The position numbers and the translations under genes are program-made. 64,000 bases of DNA from Octopus bimaculoides (Eukaryota): positions 486,024-550,023 of the forward strand of contig NC_068984.1 of assembly GCF_001194135.2 (NCBI RefSeq), read 5' to 3'. Every line of letters begins with the position of its first letter. Position 1 is the stretch's first letter. The notes under the pieces were generated by a model, which saw only the letters and a list, made by a program, of their open reading frames with translations, did not search any database and had not been told where the DNA came from. This document shows, in pieces, positions 27,705 to 39,315 of this stretch.

Positions 27705-27900
27705 GAGAATGTACGAAAAAACAACAGACGAGGACAGGTGGTGTAAACAACAAAAGGATGTATTAGTATGACGCTCGGGAATACGGAAAGTCTTTAACGT
27801 TTCGAGCTACGCTCTTCAACAGAAAGAATACGGAGACAAGGAGAAATAAAGGAGGTTTACAAAAGTGGAAAAGTTCAAAAGTTTTTTAGACGTCGTGGTA
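27703..27900 (-). mobile_element. Penelope-type pseudo-LTR / 3' terminal segment
   Basis: Lies downstream (minus strand, across a gap) of the GIY-YIG remnant at 28700-29275; homologous to 31555-31735; contains a hammerhead-like motif. Confidence 0.6.
27791..27827 (-). ncRNA. Minimal type I hammerhead ribozyme-like motif (core A6>U variant)
   Basis: TCTTT-CTGTTGA-A-GAGC(GTA)GCTC-GAA-ACGT-T-AAAGA: stem I, stem II and GAAAC core, with a palindromic ACGT in place of stem III. Confidence 0.55.
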
Positions 27901-28699
27901 TATTGAGGCGATTTCCAATCATATATATATATACGTGTGTGTGTGTGTGTGTGTAGAAGGTTGAAAAGGAACACACGAGTTGATATATATGNNNNNNNNN
28001 NNNNNNNNNNNNNNNNNNNNNNNNNNNNNNNNNNNNNNNNNNNNNNNNNNNNNNNNNNNNNNNNNNNNNNNNNNNNNNNNNNNNNNNNNNNNNNNNNNNN
28101 NNNNNNNNNNNNNNNNNNNNNNNNNNNNNNNNNNNNNNNNNNNNNNNNNNNNNNNNNNNNNNNNNNNNNNNNNNNNNNNNNNNNNNNNNNNNNNNNNNNN
28201 NNNNNNNNNNNNNNNNNNNNNNNNNNNNNNNNNNNNNNNNNNNNNNNNNNNNNNNNNNNNNNNNNNNNNNNNNNNNNNNNNNNNNNNNNNNNNNNNNNNN
28301 NNNNNNNNNNNNNNNNNNNNNNNNNNNNNNNNNNNNNNNNNNNNNNNNNNNNNNNNNNNNNNNNNNNNNNNNNNNNNNNNNNNNNNNNNNNNNNNNNNNN
28401 NNNNNNNNNNNNNNNNNNNNNNNNNNNNNNNNNNNNNNNNNNNNNNNNNNNNNNNNNNNNNNNNNNNNNNNNNNNNNNNNNNNNNNNNNNNNNNNNNNNN
28501 NNNNNNNNNNNNNNNNNNNNNNNNNNNNNNNNNNNNNNNNNNNNNNNNNNNNNNNNNNNNNNNNNNNNNNNNNNNNNNNNNNNNNNNNNNNNNNNNNNNN
28601 NNNNNNNNNNNNNNNNNNNNNNNNNNNNNNNNNNNNNNNNNNNNNNNNNNNNNNNNNNNNNNNNNNNNNNNNNNNNNNNNNNNNNNNNNNNNNNNNNAT

Positions 28700-29275
28700 C
28701 TCTTGAGTGTATCATTTTTAATATTTGTGTGTGTGTTTGTGTTATTCTAAGGCCGTGGTGGATATGTCGTTTGTTGTAGATGTGTTCAAAAGGGGTCTGT
28801 ATTTTGTAATAAAGAGAGTCTCTTTACTAATTCGTTGGCTACAGGTTGTATCGTCCCTGAATTGGTAGAGGGAGAAAGTTCTGAAGCTTGAATCTTTGTC
28901 ATTGGCGTAAATGTCGATGTGTTGGCTGAATGCTATTTTTCTGTTTTGGGGAATTTTGATCTGGGATCTGTGCAGAACCATCATATAATGTAGACTGTTT
29001 TTTGTTTGGCCTATGCATTACTCTTGACACCCAGAGCACGTTAGTGCGTATATCAGGTTTTCCGAAGCACATGTGAAGTTGCTTTTCACTGTGAAATTAA
29101 ATTGACGCATATCCAACAGTTGGGTCTTCCGCATTTTTTTACTGACAACTTCTGTGTTGTTGAACGTATTTGGGCTTGTGTTAGGAAACTTTTCATGGAT
29201 TTCGGTTGTCTCTTGCTTTTTATGATGGTGTGTGTTTGTTGGATTAAATTCATTCTGTGGTAATTTTTTAGCACT
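28700..29275 (-). mobile_element. Penelope-like GIY-YIG endonuclease C-terminus
   Basis: KKCGRPNCWIC..NFTCASENLIYALTCSGCQE*CIGQT..HRSQIKIP..SKETLFITKYRPLLN. Confidence 0.8.
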
Positions 29276-29442
29276 ATCTATCTATCTATGTATATATACA
29301 CACACACGCATTCACACATAAATTAACATAGGAAATGTAACAAGAATTTTATCATATAATGTATGCGTGTTTCAGGTAATTGGTTTCAACTGATTGGGCA
29401 TACAAGATAATATGAGCTAGCATATGTATACAGGATGTAGTT

Positions 29443-29481
<39 letters not shown>

Positions 29482-30616
29482 ATAAACAAAGAAAAGCGGA
29501 CTAAGGTGAGGTGGAAGAAAATTGTAGTGCGTGGCAGCCGAAGGAATCCGTTTCATCTAATAAGGTGATTAATTTGTTGCTATGACAGAGTTTTCGTCAC
29601 ATGCTGTAATCTTATCAATGACGCGCTTCTCCTGCATTTATTCCATGTAAGTATAAACTTACACCGGACTCTGTGCCACTTCTTCAATATATAATTGTCT
29701 ATTTTCATGTTTGGGTATTTATAATCCACAAATTCTTTGTATATAATTCTAAATGGGGTGGCATTCCTGTGGTTCTATTTGTATAAGGGGGCGAGTGTCT
29801 ATACCAATGTTGTGTGCGAGATTTGATAGCTTTGTGAATTGTTGTTTCTGTGGTTTTAACTTAAATTTCATTACCTGTGCGTGCCCCCCCACAAACACAT
29901 ATCTACACACCTGTATACATATACTTCCTAAGCTTTCAACTTTGTCATTCTATTCCGTTAAATGATTGCTGATTTGTCGCTTGATTTTTGTTTCTCTCTT
30001 TCCAGCCATTCATAATCGACGTTTAGCAACAAATGGTTTTACTATCTGTTTCTTAATTAAGGTTCTGCTTTTCTATATTTATCTTGCAAATACAAATCCA
30101 TACGTACCTGCCACTACCATATAAATACACATTCGTATACATACATACATACAAATGTATAATGTATCCATCTGTATACATATGTGTATACATATACACA
30201 CATATATAAGAGTATAAATATTATATGTATATGTACGTAGGTATATAGATATATATATATATATGCATGTAATTTATAACAAAGGAATAAATATCCATAA
30301 AAATGCATCTAACTACTTAACTGCGGCTATCACATGTAATCGATTATGGCTTTATATCAGCATGTAACATGCTTTTGATAATGGTTTTAGGTTTCTTATG
30401 TAGACGAGTATAGACAAGGACAACAATCTTATCTCTACCAACTGGTAGAACATCCATACTACGAGAGCGAGAGAGACGCGTGCGCAGGAACACTATGGTG
30501 GTAAGTGATCGTATAAAAGACGAGTGGACTTCAGCAGGTTTAGAACTCCGATCTTTCAAAGTTTGAACAAATATAAGCAACGCATTCGAACCACCACTGT
30601 TACTGGTTCGCCTTTA

Positions 30617-31429
30617 CAGGTTATCCCAAAAGTCACTGATGAGATTCAATTGTTAATAACTTCCATAACTTTACAAATAAATACATAATGGAAATTAATA
30701 TGCACAAGTCACATTTTGCAACACCACAACATCACGTTTGAAAAATGATATCACTTAAATGGCAGTCATTTTCGACTTCACAAGCCCGTGCTCTTTCCAA
30801 AACTTGCACCATAACACCCTCAAGAGTTTCAGACTCCACTTCTCTGATTTCTCTATTGATGTTCTCCTTCAGTTGCACCAGTGTCTTCGGGCAGATCAAG
30901 TCTGAGGAATGTGAAGGCCATTCAAAGTAGACTTCACACATGGTTCCAGCAAGATAAGGCAACTGCTCATACCGCAAGAGAAACAATGCAGTTGCTACGG
31001 CAGTGCTTTGGAGAGAGACTAATCTCCCGCTACGGCAATGTCAACTGACATTCACGTTCTCCAGGTTTGACTAGCCCAACTTTTTTATTGTAAGGACAAC
31101 TGAAAGAGAGGGGTTTACGTCAACAAACCAGAAACCCTGGGGCAACTGAAGGAGAACATCAATAGAGAAATCAGAGTATTTGAGTCTAAAACTCTCGAGG
31201 GTGTTATGGTGCAAGTTTTGGAAAGAGCACGAGCGTGCGAAACCGGAAATGACTGCCATTCAAGCGATGTCCTTTTTCAAACGTGATGTAGGAGTGTTGC
31301 AAAATGTGACTCGTGCCTATTAATTTCCATTATGTCCTTTAATATTGTACCAAAATTTCATGCATTTATTTGTAAAGTTATGGAAGTTATTAAAAATTGA
31401 AACCCATCTGTGAATTTTGGGACATCCTG
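30617..31429. mobile_element. Tc1/mariner derivative with two inverted 3' ends and TA TSD
   Basis: TA-CAGGTTATCCCAAAA ... TTTTGGGACATCCTG-TA. The plus arm reads WFQQDKATAHTARETM..QLKENINREI; 30617-~30930 is an inverted copy of the same C-terminal/3' region. Confidence 0.88.
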
Positions 31430-31554
31430 TATTTACTCACACATACCTGCAAACATATATATGCACACATACATGTGCATACATACACACTTGTATAAAC
31501 ATGCACCTATTCATTTATATATTTATAAATGTATATATATGTATGTATATATAA

Positions 31555-31735
31555 CTACATGTGAATCGTTGGCGATTTTCTTCCTCCGTCTTCCTTTCTA
31601 TTGGACTTTCCTCTGTTTCTGAAGAAGAGCTTTGCTCGAAACATTAAACCATCTTTCTTTCCTTCCATGAGCGTCTGCTAATACTTTACATGTACCACGT
31701 GCTCGCGTTGTTGTTTTTTGTGTTTGTTCATCTTC
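31555..31735 (+). mobile_element. Solo Penelope-type pseudo-LTR fragment
   Basis: Shares GAGCGTC..CTAATAC..GTTGTTTTTT and the hammerhead-like block with the reverse complement of 27703-27870. Confidence 0.55.
31615..31649 (+). ncRNA. Minimal type I hammerhead ribozyme-like motif
   Basis: GTTT-CTGAAGA-A-GAGC(TTT)GCTC-GAA-ACAT-T-AAAC: intact CUGANGA/GAAA core with stems I and II; ACAT instead of palindromic ACGT. Confidence 0.6.
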
Positions 31736-32149
31736 CGGCGTACGTACACTTTGAACTTTTATATGTAAGTATATATTTATCTAAATTCTGTACGACTATT
31801 CTTTCTTTCTATCAGCCCTTTCACGCTCATTCGTTTATATATTATATATATAAGCAGGAATGAAAAGGCAAGCGTTTGGCAGGACTTGACAATGACATTT
31901 AATTTAGTTATATATTAACAAAACGGTGTACCTAACAGCTGTTTCTAGAGTATCCAAGCTACTAGAACATTGTACCGAGTGAGGATTCCATAATCAAAGA
32001 AGAAGCTGTTAAACAGGAACATTACTCATCGATTACATTATTGTAGTTCATTTTATCAAGAGATAGAGGCGGAATCCAATTAACAATCCAATTAAAATAG
32101 ATATTCGTTTGGTAGATCCCTAAACAAGAGAAGAAAATCGGTAATATCC

Positions 32150-32700
32150 ATTAGTAGAATCAAAACAGAAAGAATGGTTTGATTATAATGCATGGTGAGG
32201 GAAATAGATATTACCAGATCCAATGTTGGATAAAGCCGTCAGTCTGTTATAAACTTTCTATTGAGTGGGTGTGTTCGGCTCTTATATGCATTGACTCTGT
32301 AACTTACCAAACCGCTAGATGTTGCAAGCACATGGAAAGGATTTTTATTTTCGTGTTGTCGTTTCTCTGCAGTGGGTTGTTAGAATACCGACGGTGGTTC
32401 CTATTCATTGTTACTCATGCCAGTGTTATATGCTTCTACATAAGCTACAGGTCGGTTCTCCTAAATAAGTTGTGCCAGTGTTCCTACATTATCTTTTCGT
32501 GTATCTATTGCTGAACGCTACACCTCTAGTCTACCATTTACCTGTTGATTTCTTTTGTATACCTTGCAGTCGTGTCACAGGATTTTCCTGCATGAGTATA
32601 TCCTATTGATTAATTGTCTAATGGATCTACCCAGTTGGCATTTTACCTTAATTATACATTTCGTTTAACCTCAAGCTCTCCTATATCCATAAATTGGTTC
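32150..32700 (-). mobile_element. Highly decayed LINE APE endonuclease remnant
   Basis: Weak matches to APE motifs: DILMQE..LQG..RGV, VGILTTH (for GDFNAH) and TLDLVIS; many stops. Confidence 0.35.
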
Positions 32701-34734
32701 CTTCCTGATGACAGTACCGACAAACATTATACCCTTTTGAAATTGTTATCCTGCTATGAATCTAATTTCTTTTCTTATTGCCGGATTCTACAATTGGACC
32801 CCACCTCCAAACAAATTGTTGTTCATTGTTTTAAACTTTTTTCTGTGTCAGTTGTTCACTCTGTGCCTTTCTTTTTGGGTTACAGCTGAAAAATTGCTTG
32901 AGATGGATGAAAATCTCCAGCATCTTACCAATCTAAGGATTGGTAGCTGATTTTTTCCTCTTCTTTAATATAGCCAGAATTCAGTAGACTGGCACTTCAT
33001 GGCCGTAAGTTTCTCATAAAATGATAGAAAGATTTGTTCTTTTCTTATCCTTGGTTTCTAACCAGAATTCTGTACCTTGGACGGAAAGTCTACCATTGGA
33101 ATATTTAGACTGATAACCAATTTTGATATTATTTTGGATTGAATTAGTTGTCTTGGATAGTCTTGATGCTGTTCTCTTCTTATTTTTGAGCACGTTCTTT
33201 CTTTGTTTGTTTCCATTCTTTTTAATTTTCATTTATTCTTTCGTCTCTTCCTTCTCCCCTATATTTTTTTCGATTATTACTTTCTTACATTCTTTTTTCG
33301 TTCTTCCTGTCCTTTTGTTTTCCATTTATTCACTCATCAATTCATTCTTCCTTATTTTGTCTCTTTTCCTTCTCTATTTTTACTTAAATTATTGTTTTGT
33401 TTTCACCTGTCTAGTTCTTCCAACCTTTTCTTACAAAATAAATCAACTCAGTTATTCGCTGTTTATACCATCCTCCTCCTAACCCTCATTTTGCTATTCA
33501 GCTCCTTCCTTCTCACTCTCTCCTTCTCCTTGCAGCCATTGCTTAATCGCTTCCAATTTCCGCCATTTTATGTAAAATAACACCGAACTAACAATTACCT
33601 GACCTAAAACATTAGCGATTTCAGGTGAAAAGCCTTTATAATATTCCTCGTTTATTTTTACAGTTAAATCAAGAGGATTGATACAAATACTGCTGGGTGT
33701 TAAATCAAGCGAATTGATACATTTCCCGCTGCTTGTATTTGTTTGCTACACAAGAGAAGAAAAATGGAAGAATCACGTAGAAGCAGGTAAAAATCTTGCA
33801 GTAACATTTGGGATTCATGAATTGAAGCCAGGATAGAAACTGCAAGTTTAGTCAGATACGTCAAGTGAAAATGATTAACAGAATAAAGGAATGAAGTTGT
33901 TCAGAATAAAAGGAAATGTAGGAAGTTATTTTATCAAGATGATCGCAGCAGAATACAAAGTTTTCTACAGAATGAAAGAGATACACGTTTCCCTTTTTTT
34001 ATATTTAACAAAAATAATAATAATAAACATAGGTTCGGAATATTAACTGAATATATTTGCTTTAATCTTATAAATAGGAAAATGGCAGGGAGACAGGAAA
34101 CTACAACAGCTGATGATGTTTTTTTAATGAATTGTAAGGATGGGGGACGAGAGGCAGATGTGAAACTACTGCTGCTGTGGCGGTTGCTGTTTCTGCTAAA
34201 TTCTACAGCAATCAATAAATCTGAGGTATTCTTTGTCTGCTACGATCAGTGAGCTCAGAACCAATGTCATTCTAGTCACATATTGCATCAATAAAAATAA
34301 TAGCATCAGTTATCTATTCAAAACAATTAATACTAATCACAGTGAGATCGATACGTTCGAATCAGATAGGTGTGGTGAGCACCAATAACATATTGGGTCA
34401 ATATGGTAGGCATTCAGTCGAATACTTGAGTAGACTTATCCAAATGTGCCTCCGCCCCAATTGTATGACATTATACTAATATTAGAAAGCTTTTTTTTTT
34501 TTTTTGAACTGGGTGAATGATAGAATCGGTGGAGCAACGGATGTAATATTTTGGAGTATTTATTGACGTCTCTACGTTCTGAGTTCGATCTCTGGCTACA
34601 TAGACTTTATCTTTAAGGGTCAACTGAAATGATTAAGTTTTGGAATATACCCAATCGACTGCAACACCAACAGCAGTAGCAGCAGGGACAGCAATAACAA
34701 CAACAAACACAAAGAAAAACAGAATAAATCAAGT

Positions 34735-34940
34735 GAAACGCTGGTTAGAGAGTTGGAAAATGCCTTGTGGTATTTCGTCCAGTTCTTTACATTCTGAGTT
34801 GTAGTCCCACCGAGATCAATTTTGCCTTCATCCCTCCGAAGTCGATAAAATAAAGTTCCAATCAAGTATTCATGTCCAAAGTATCGACTAACCAGATCTC
34901 CTTAAAAATTGCTGGCATTGTGCCTAAATTAGAAACATTT
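34735..34940 (+). mobile_element. tRNA-derived SINE (family B), diverged
   Basis: TATTTCGTCC..TTCTGAGTT..CCGAGATCAATTTTGCCTTCATCC..GTCGATAAAATAA..GCTGGCATTGTGCCTAAATTAGAAAC. Confidence 0.65.
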
Positions 34941-35139
34941 CTTTTCCTCCTCCTCCCATCCTTATTTTGTTTGGGTTGTATTATTGAACTGTCTTGCGTA
35001 GGATGCGGGCTGTTCCCAGCTGGGCTAGTTTTTGGTGAGTGTGTAGTGTTGAAGGTCCAGGTAGATCTTCTACGTTTTTGTTCATATGTATTTTATCATA
35101 TCCACTGCTCCAGTTATTACTGGTCTTGTTTTCACCGCC

Positions 35140-35252
35140 ATGCCTCATATCTTCAATGCTTCAGTTTTGAGGTCTTTGTACTTTGACAATTTCTCCACTT
35201 CTTTTTGGGCAGTGTTTTGGTCAGAAGGGACACCAATGTCTATCAACAAGCA
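35140..35252 (-). mobile_element. Short RLE LINE fragment
   Basis: TCLLIDIGVPSDQNTAQKEVEKLSKYKDL; begins right after the (AAT)n tail of the next copy. Confidence 0.75.
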
Positions 35253-35289
35253 GGTGTTATTGTTATTATTATTATTATATTTTATATTT

Positions 35290-36270
35290 ATACAAGTTGG
35301 CTCCAAGTCTCGCCCAGATACCTCAAGAGACAACAAGTTAGAAGTTCATGTTGGTATTATGCCTAGGGTGCCATATATTTGGTTTTGCACATAGTATTGT
35401 TCTAGAGAATGTTTAAGAAATCATAAGAAAATTATGAGTTTGTTTTAAAATTTGGGATTACATAGACAGCATTTTACGTAGGATATGGGCAGTTCCCACG
35501 AGCACTATCTTTTGAATTTCTGCCATTTTTGGGTTCCCTAGTATCTGAGCTAGGTAGCAATCATCCCCTTTTGCTATCATTACTAGGGCACCTTTGACTA
35601 CAGCTATTTTTATAGTTTTCAGGTTCCACATTTTGCCAATTTCTATCTCAAGATCTTTATATTTGCTCAGTTTTTGGTAGGTCTTGACTGATACGTTTAT
35701 ATCAACTGAGACAGTCATATCAATGGGGAGGCATGATTTTTGTCTAAAGTTTTTCAATATGATGTCTGGCCTATTTGCATCTATCTTTCTGTCAGTTTGA
35801 ATGGTGAAGTTCCAGAGGAGTGCGATGTGATCATTTTCAAGTACTGGGGGTGGTTTGTGTTCCCACCAGTTTTTATCATGGGGCAAGTCCAGGTTTTTGC
35901 AAATTACCCAGTGAATATATTGTGCAGCTCTATCATGCCTGTTGAGATACTCTGTAGGCGCAAGCAGACTGCACATGGAGACAACATGATCGATGGTCTC
36001 ATTCTGTTGTTGGCATATACGACATAATGGGGAGCTGCCATTCTTTAATATGTTGGCCTGGTAGTTCTTTGTAGGTAGGCATTGATCTTGGGCAGCTGTG
36101 ATAAACCCTTCTGTTTCTGATTTCAAGCCAGACGCCATTAACCACTGACGGGTAAGGGCTTTGTCAGCGTCGGCATTATTCGCTCTCTTTGGGTATTTGT
36201 CATTCAGAGGTTTTTCTTGCCATTTATCAGTCATAATATCTAAGGCAGTAGTTTTAGCCCTGGGTTTCAT
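35290..36270 (-). mobile_element. 5'-truncated R4/Dong-like LINE, family 1, with open CCHC plus RLE domain
   Basis: 270-aa ORF 35458-36270: CRICQQQNETIDHVVSMC, RHD, RPDIIL..IDMT..KLSKYKDL (PD-(D/E)xK type). Followed by a 3' UTR and (AAT)n tail. Confidence 0.92.
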
Positions 36271-36274
36271 ACGC

Positions 36275-36394
36275 TCTTACGGCCATATCACGCTGAGAGC
36301 ACCGGTTCTCGTCCGATCACCGAAGTTAAGCAACGTCGAGCCTAGTGAGTACTTAAATGGGTGACCGCTTGGGAAACCTAGGTGCTGTAAGCAT
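36275..36394 (+). rRNA. Dispersed full-length 5S rRNA copy, probably a pseudogene
   Basis: CTTACGGCCATATCACGCTGAGAGCACCGGTTCTCGTCCGATCACCGAAGTTAAGC..GGGTGACCGCTTGGGAAACCTAGGTGCTGTAAG. Helix I pairs 36276-83 with 36384-91; T6 terminator at 36402-07; C-box reads GTACTTAAATGGG instead of GTACTTGGATGGG. Confidence 0.93.
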
Positions 36395-36854
36395 CGCACA
36401 CTTTTTTCCACGGCGGTGCATCAGCATGGCCGCAGCTCTAAGCTGAAACTATAAAAAAAAAAAATTATTGTTTCATTTACACACAACCGATTAAACTATT
36501 GGAAAAGAAAAATTCCTAACATTGGGCAACAATAAGTAACCTTAGCTACGAAGAACCCACCTAAGCATCCTAGCTGTCCCTAATAGCACAGTTTTCTGGA
36601 GATGTTATTATCACTATTATTATTTTCATATACACTCAACAGATTAGACTGCTGAAAAAGGAAAGAATCCTAACATTGGGTTACAGCAAGTCACCTTAGA
36701 TGCTAAGAACCCTCCTAAGTATCTTAGCTGTTTCTAATAACACTACTTTCTGCAGCTGTACTAAACTGGGTTTATGTCCATTTCCTCCATCCGTCTGTTC
36801 AGAACGTTAGTGTCATTATTATTATAGTTATTATTATTATTTTTATTATTACAT

Positions 36855-38665
36855 GAAAACTCACACCTTATTTTGCTGGGTATAATAGAAAGTGTCAGCT
36901 GTCTAGAGCCAGCAGACTAAGATGACACTTGTTTTACTGGTCATGCTTCAAGAACCCTGCGAAGAATTCCTGCAGTTCCAAGCAATGCTGATTCTTGTAG
37001 GTGTTCTACCTTCACACTTGCACCAATCTTTTCCAACCATTTTGGTAGTTGAGTGCTGATACTGCCAAAAGTAATTGGTGCTCACTTTTGGTATCACGTC
37101 TACTCTCTTTATTGGCCACCGCCTTCGTATTTCTCACTGTAAATCGTCATAGTTGTTTATTTTTACTTCTTCTTTCACATTGATCCTGTTGTCACCGGGG
37201 AATGCTATGTCGATTGTCATACATGTTCTTTCTCTTTTATTCACCACAGCAATGTCCGGTTTCCGATGCCTGGTCAGGTGATTGCACAGGATCATGACAT
37301 CCCACAGGATTTTGCAGTTCTCATTCTCGGTTACTACTTCTGAGGTTTGCTCAGACCATGTCTTTGCTCTTTGTAGTCCGTGATTTCGACAAAGCTTCCA
37401 ATGGATCGTTCTTGCCACATTGTCAGGGCTTCGTTTGTATTCGCCTTGTGCTAATTCCGGGCATTCACTAACGAGCTGCCATACCATTTCATCCCTTTCA
37501 CAACACATTATGCAAATGTCGCTATCGGTTGTGTTGTCAATTCTGCACTTCATATAGTTGGTCCTTAACGTTTGTTCCTGGTCTGCGCATACGACAAAAC
37601 ATCTCACTGATAAAGAGCTTCTGTCTATCTTCAGGTCACTCTTCCTCATCCACAGCCACCGCTCCTCTGTATCTGTCCTGGCGTTCACATCTCTTGCAAA
37701 CTGTCTGTAAATATTTTTTTCCTTCCATACTTTTTGTTTAAATTTTTCTTCAGTTACACAATTTTCAGTTTTAATGACGATGGCCTTCTTTGTGCTTCAA
37801 CAGTGGCTCCACGGCATTTTTTTATATACCACTTTAGGCTTTTCTCTGCTTTGATAAGTCCTGGAAACTGATCAAACTTCTCCCTTCTGGTCAAGTACAG
37901 CCTATCGGTGATACTCTTAGGGTGGAAGGCTCCGTGTTTTGTCCACATTTTTATCGTCTTGGTATCCATTTTATAATTCCCGCTCCATACCGAAGTGATG
38001 CTATCGCCCATGTATTAACTGCTTGGATTTTATTCAATTCACTCAGTTTTGAGCGCAGTACCAACCTCAATCTTCGGAAATAGTCCATCTTCAGTTTCCC
38101 TTTCTTTTCCTATTATCTCGTTGTACTCTAGTACACCAAGGTATTTGTATCCTTCCGTTCCAATTTGCTTAATCAAGTCTCTATTCGGTAGTTCTATCCC
38201 TGCTAGGGACTGTACCATGCCTGTTTTTAGGTAGATTATTCCGCACTTCTTGAGTCCAAATTCCATTCTAATATCGGCACTAAAACAGTGGACCGTGTTC
38301 ACCAAGGAACTCACTTGTGTCTCATCCTTGCCATACAGTTTCAAATCATCCATGAAGAGGAGGTGGTCGATTGTTTGGGATTTTTCCATTAGTTGTTACC
38401 CCCGCTTCATTTTCCTTAGTACCAATGCCAGTGTATCTTGCGGAGGACAAAGCAACGGAGATAAGCTGCCACCCTGGAAAATCCCTCTTCTGATACCCAG
38501 GGTGCCCAAGCTTTTTCTGTAAGATGTCAGTTCTATTTTCCATCCCACCATTCTTCTCTTCAAGAAACACGTTACATTCCTCGCAATTCCAAACAGATCG
38601 AAGCACTCGATGATCCACGAATGTGGAATCATATCACAAGCTTTGCGATAGTCAATCCAGGCCAC
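36855..38665 (-). mobile_element. 5'-truncated R4/Dong-like LINE with RT, CCHC and RLE remnants
   Basis: WIDYRKACDMIPHSW, GIFQGGSLSPLL, HLLFMDDLKLYGK, YKYLG, CIMCCERDEMVWQLVSEC and KPDIAVV..IDIA; frameshifted; flanked by (AAT)n on both sides. Confidence 0.92.
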
Positions 38666-38714
38666 ATTATTATTATTATTATTATTATTATTATCATCAT
38701 CATTATTATTTTCT

Positions 38715-39315
38715 CTTTATCACAGGTTTTGTTGGAACTCCTGCAGTCTTGCATGCGTAACGGGATTGCTATCTGCAGTCCACGGTACCATGCTATTCGT
38801 TCTTTTCAGCAATCTAATACTTTCCTGATTATTCTGGCTATACCAAGAAGACAACCCTTTTGTAACAGTTCTACTGGGCACTCTATTCCAATTTCCTTTA
38901 TATTCCTCTGATTCCATCTGATATTGTTCCCAAGATCCCAACAATAATTGGCACTATATTCACCTTCGTTTTCCATAGCCGGGCTATTTCGTACTTAAGA
39001 GGATTGTGTCTATCTTTTCACCTCCCTTCTTGACTATTCGGGGGTCAAAGGGTCATGCAACGTCAGCTTTATAGCATCTGTGGTGCACCTTGCCCACCAC
39101 CACTACTTCCGGTCTGTTATGATCTAGTTACTGATCTGTTTGGATTGGGAAATCCCACAGGATTTTGCTAGCCTCCGACTTTGCCACTCTCTGCGGTTTG
39201 TTCTCATAACACGTCTTGTCTCTCTCTAGCCTCTACTTTTCGCACAGTTTCCAGTGTAGCACTTTCGCTGCCTGGTCGTGTCGTCACAACTTGTAGTGGT
39301 TTGGATCAAGTCTAG
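38715..39315 (-). mobile_element. Older RLE LINE 3' fragment
   Basis: RHDQAAKVLHWKLC..ILWDFPIQTD..HNRPEVVVV..KYEIARLWKTKVNIVPIIVG; (AAT)n at both ends. Confidence 0.8.

Noticed and set aside
24254-28779. Long ORFs of 224-463 aa in the track
   Set aside because: They are runs of X across N-gaps; only the Tc1 N-terminus at 25415-25645 is real sequence.
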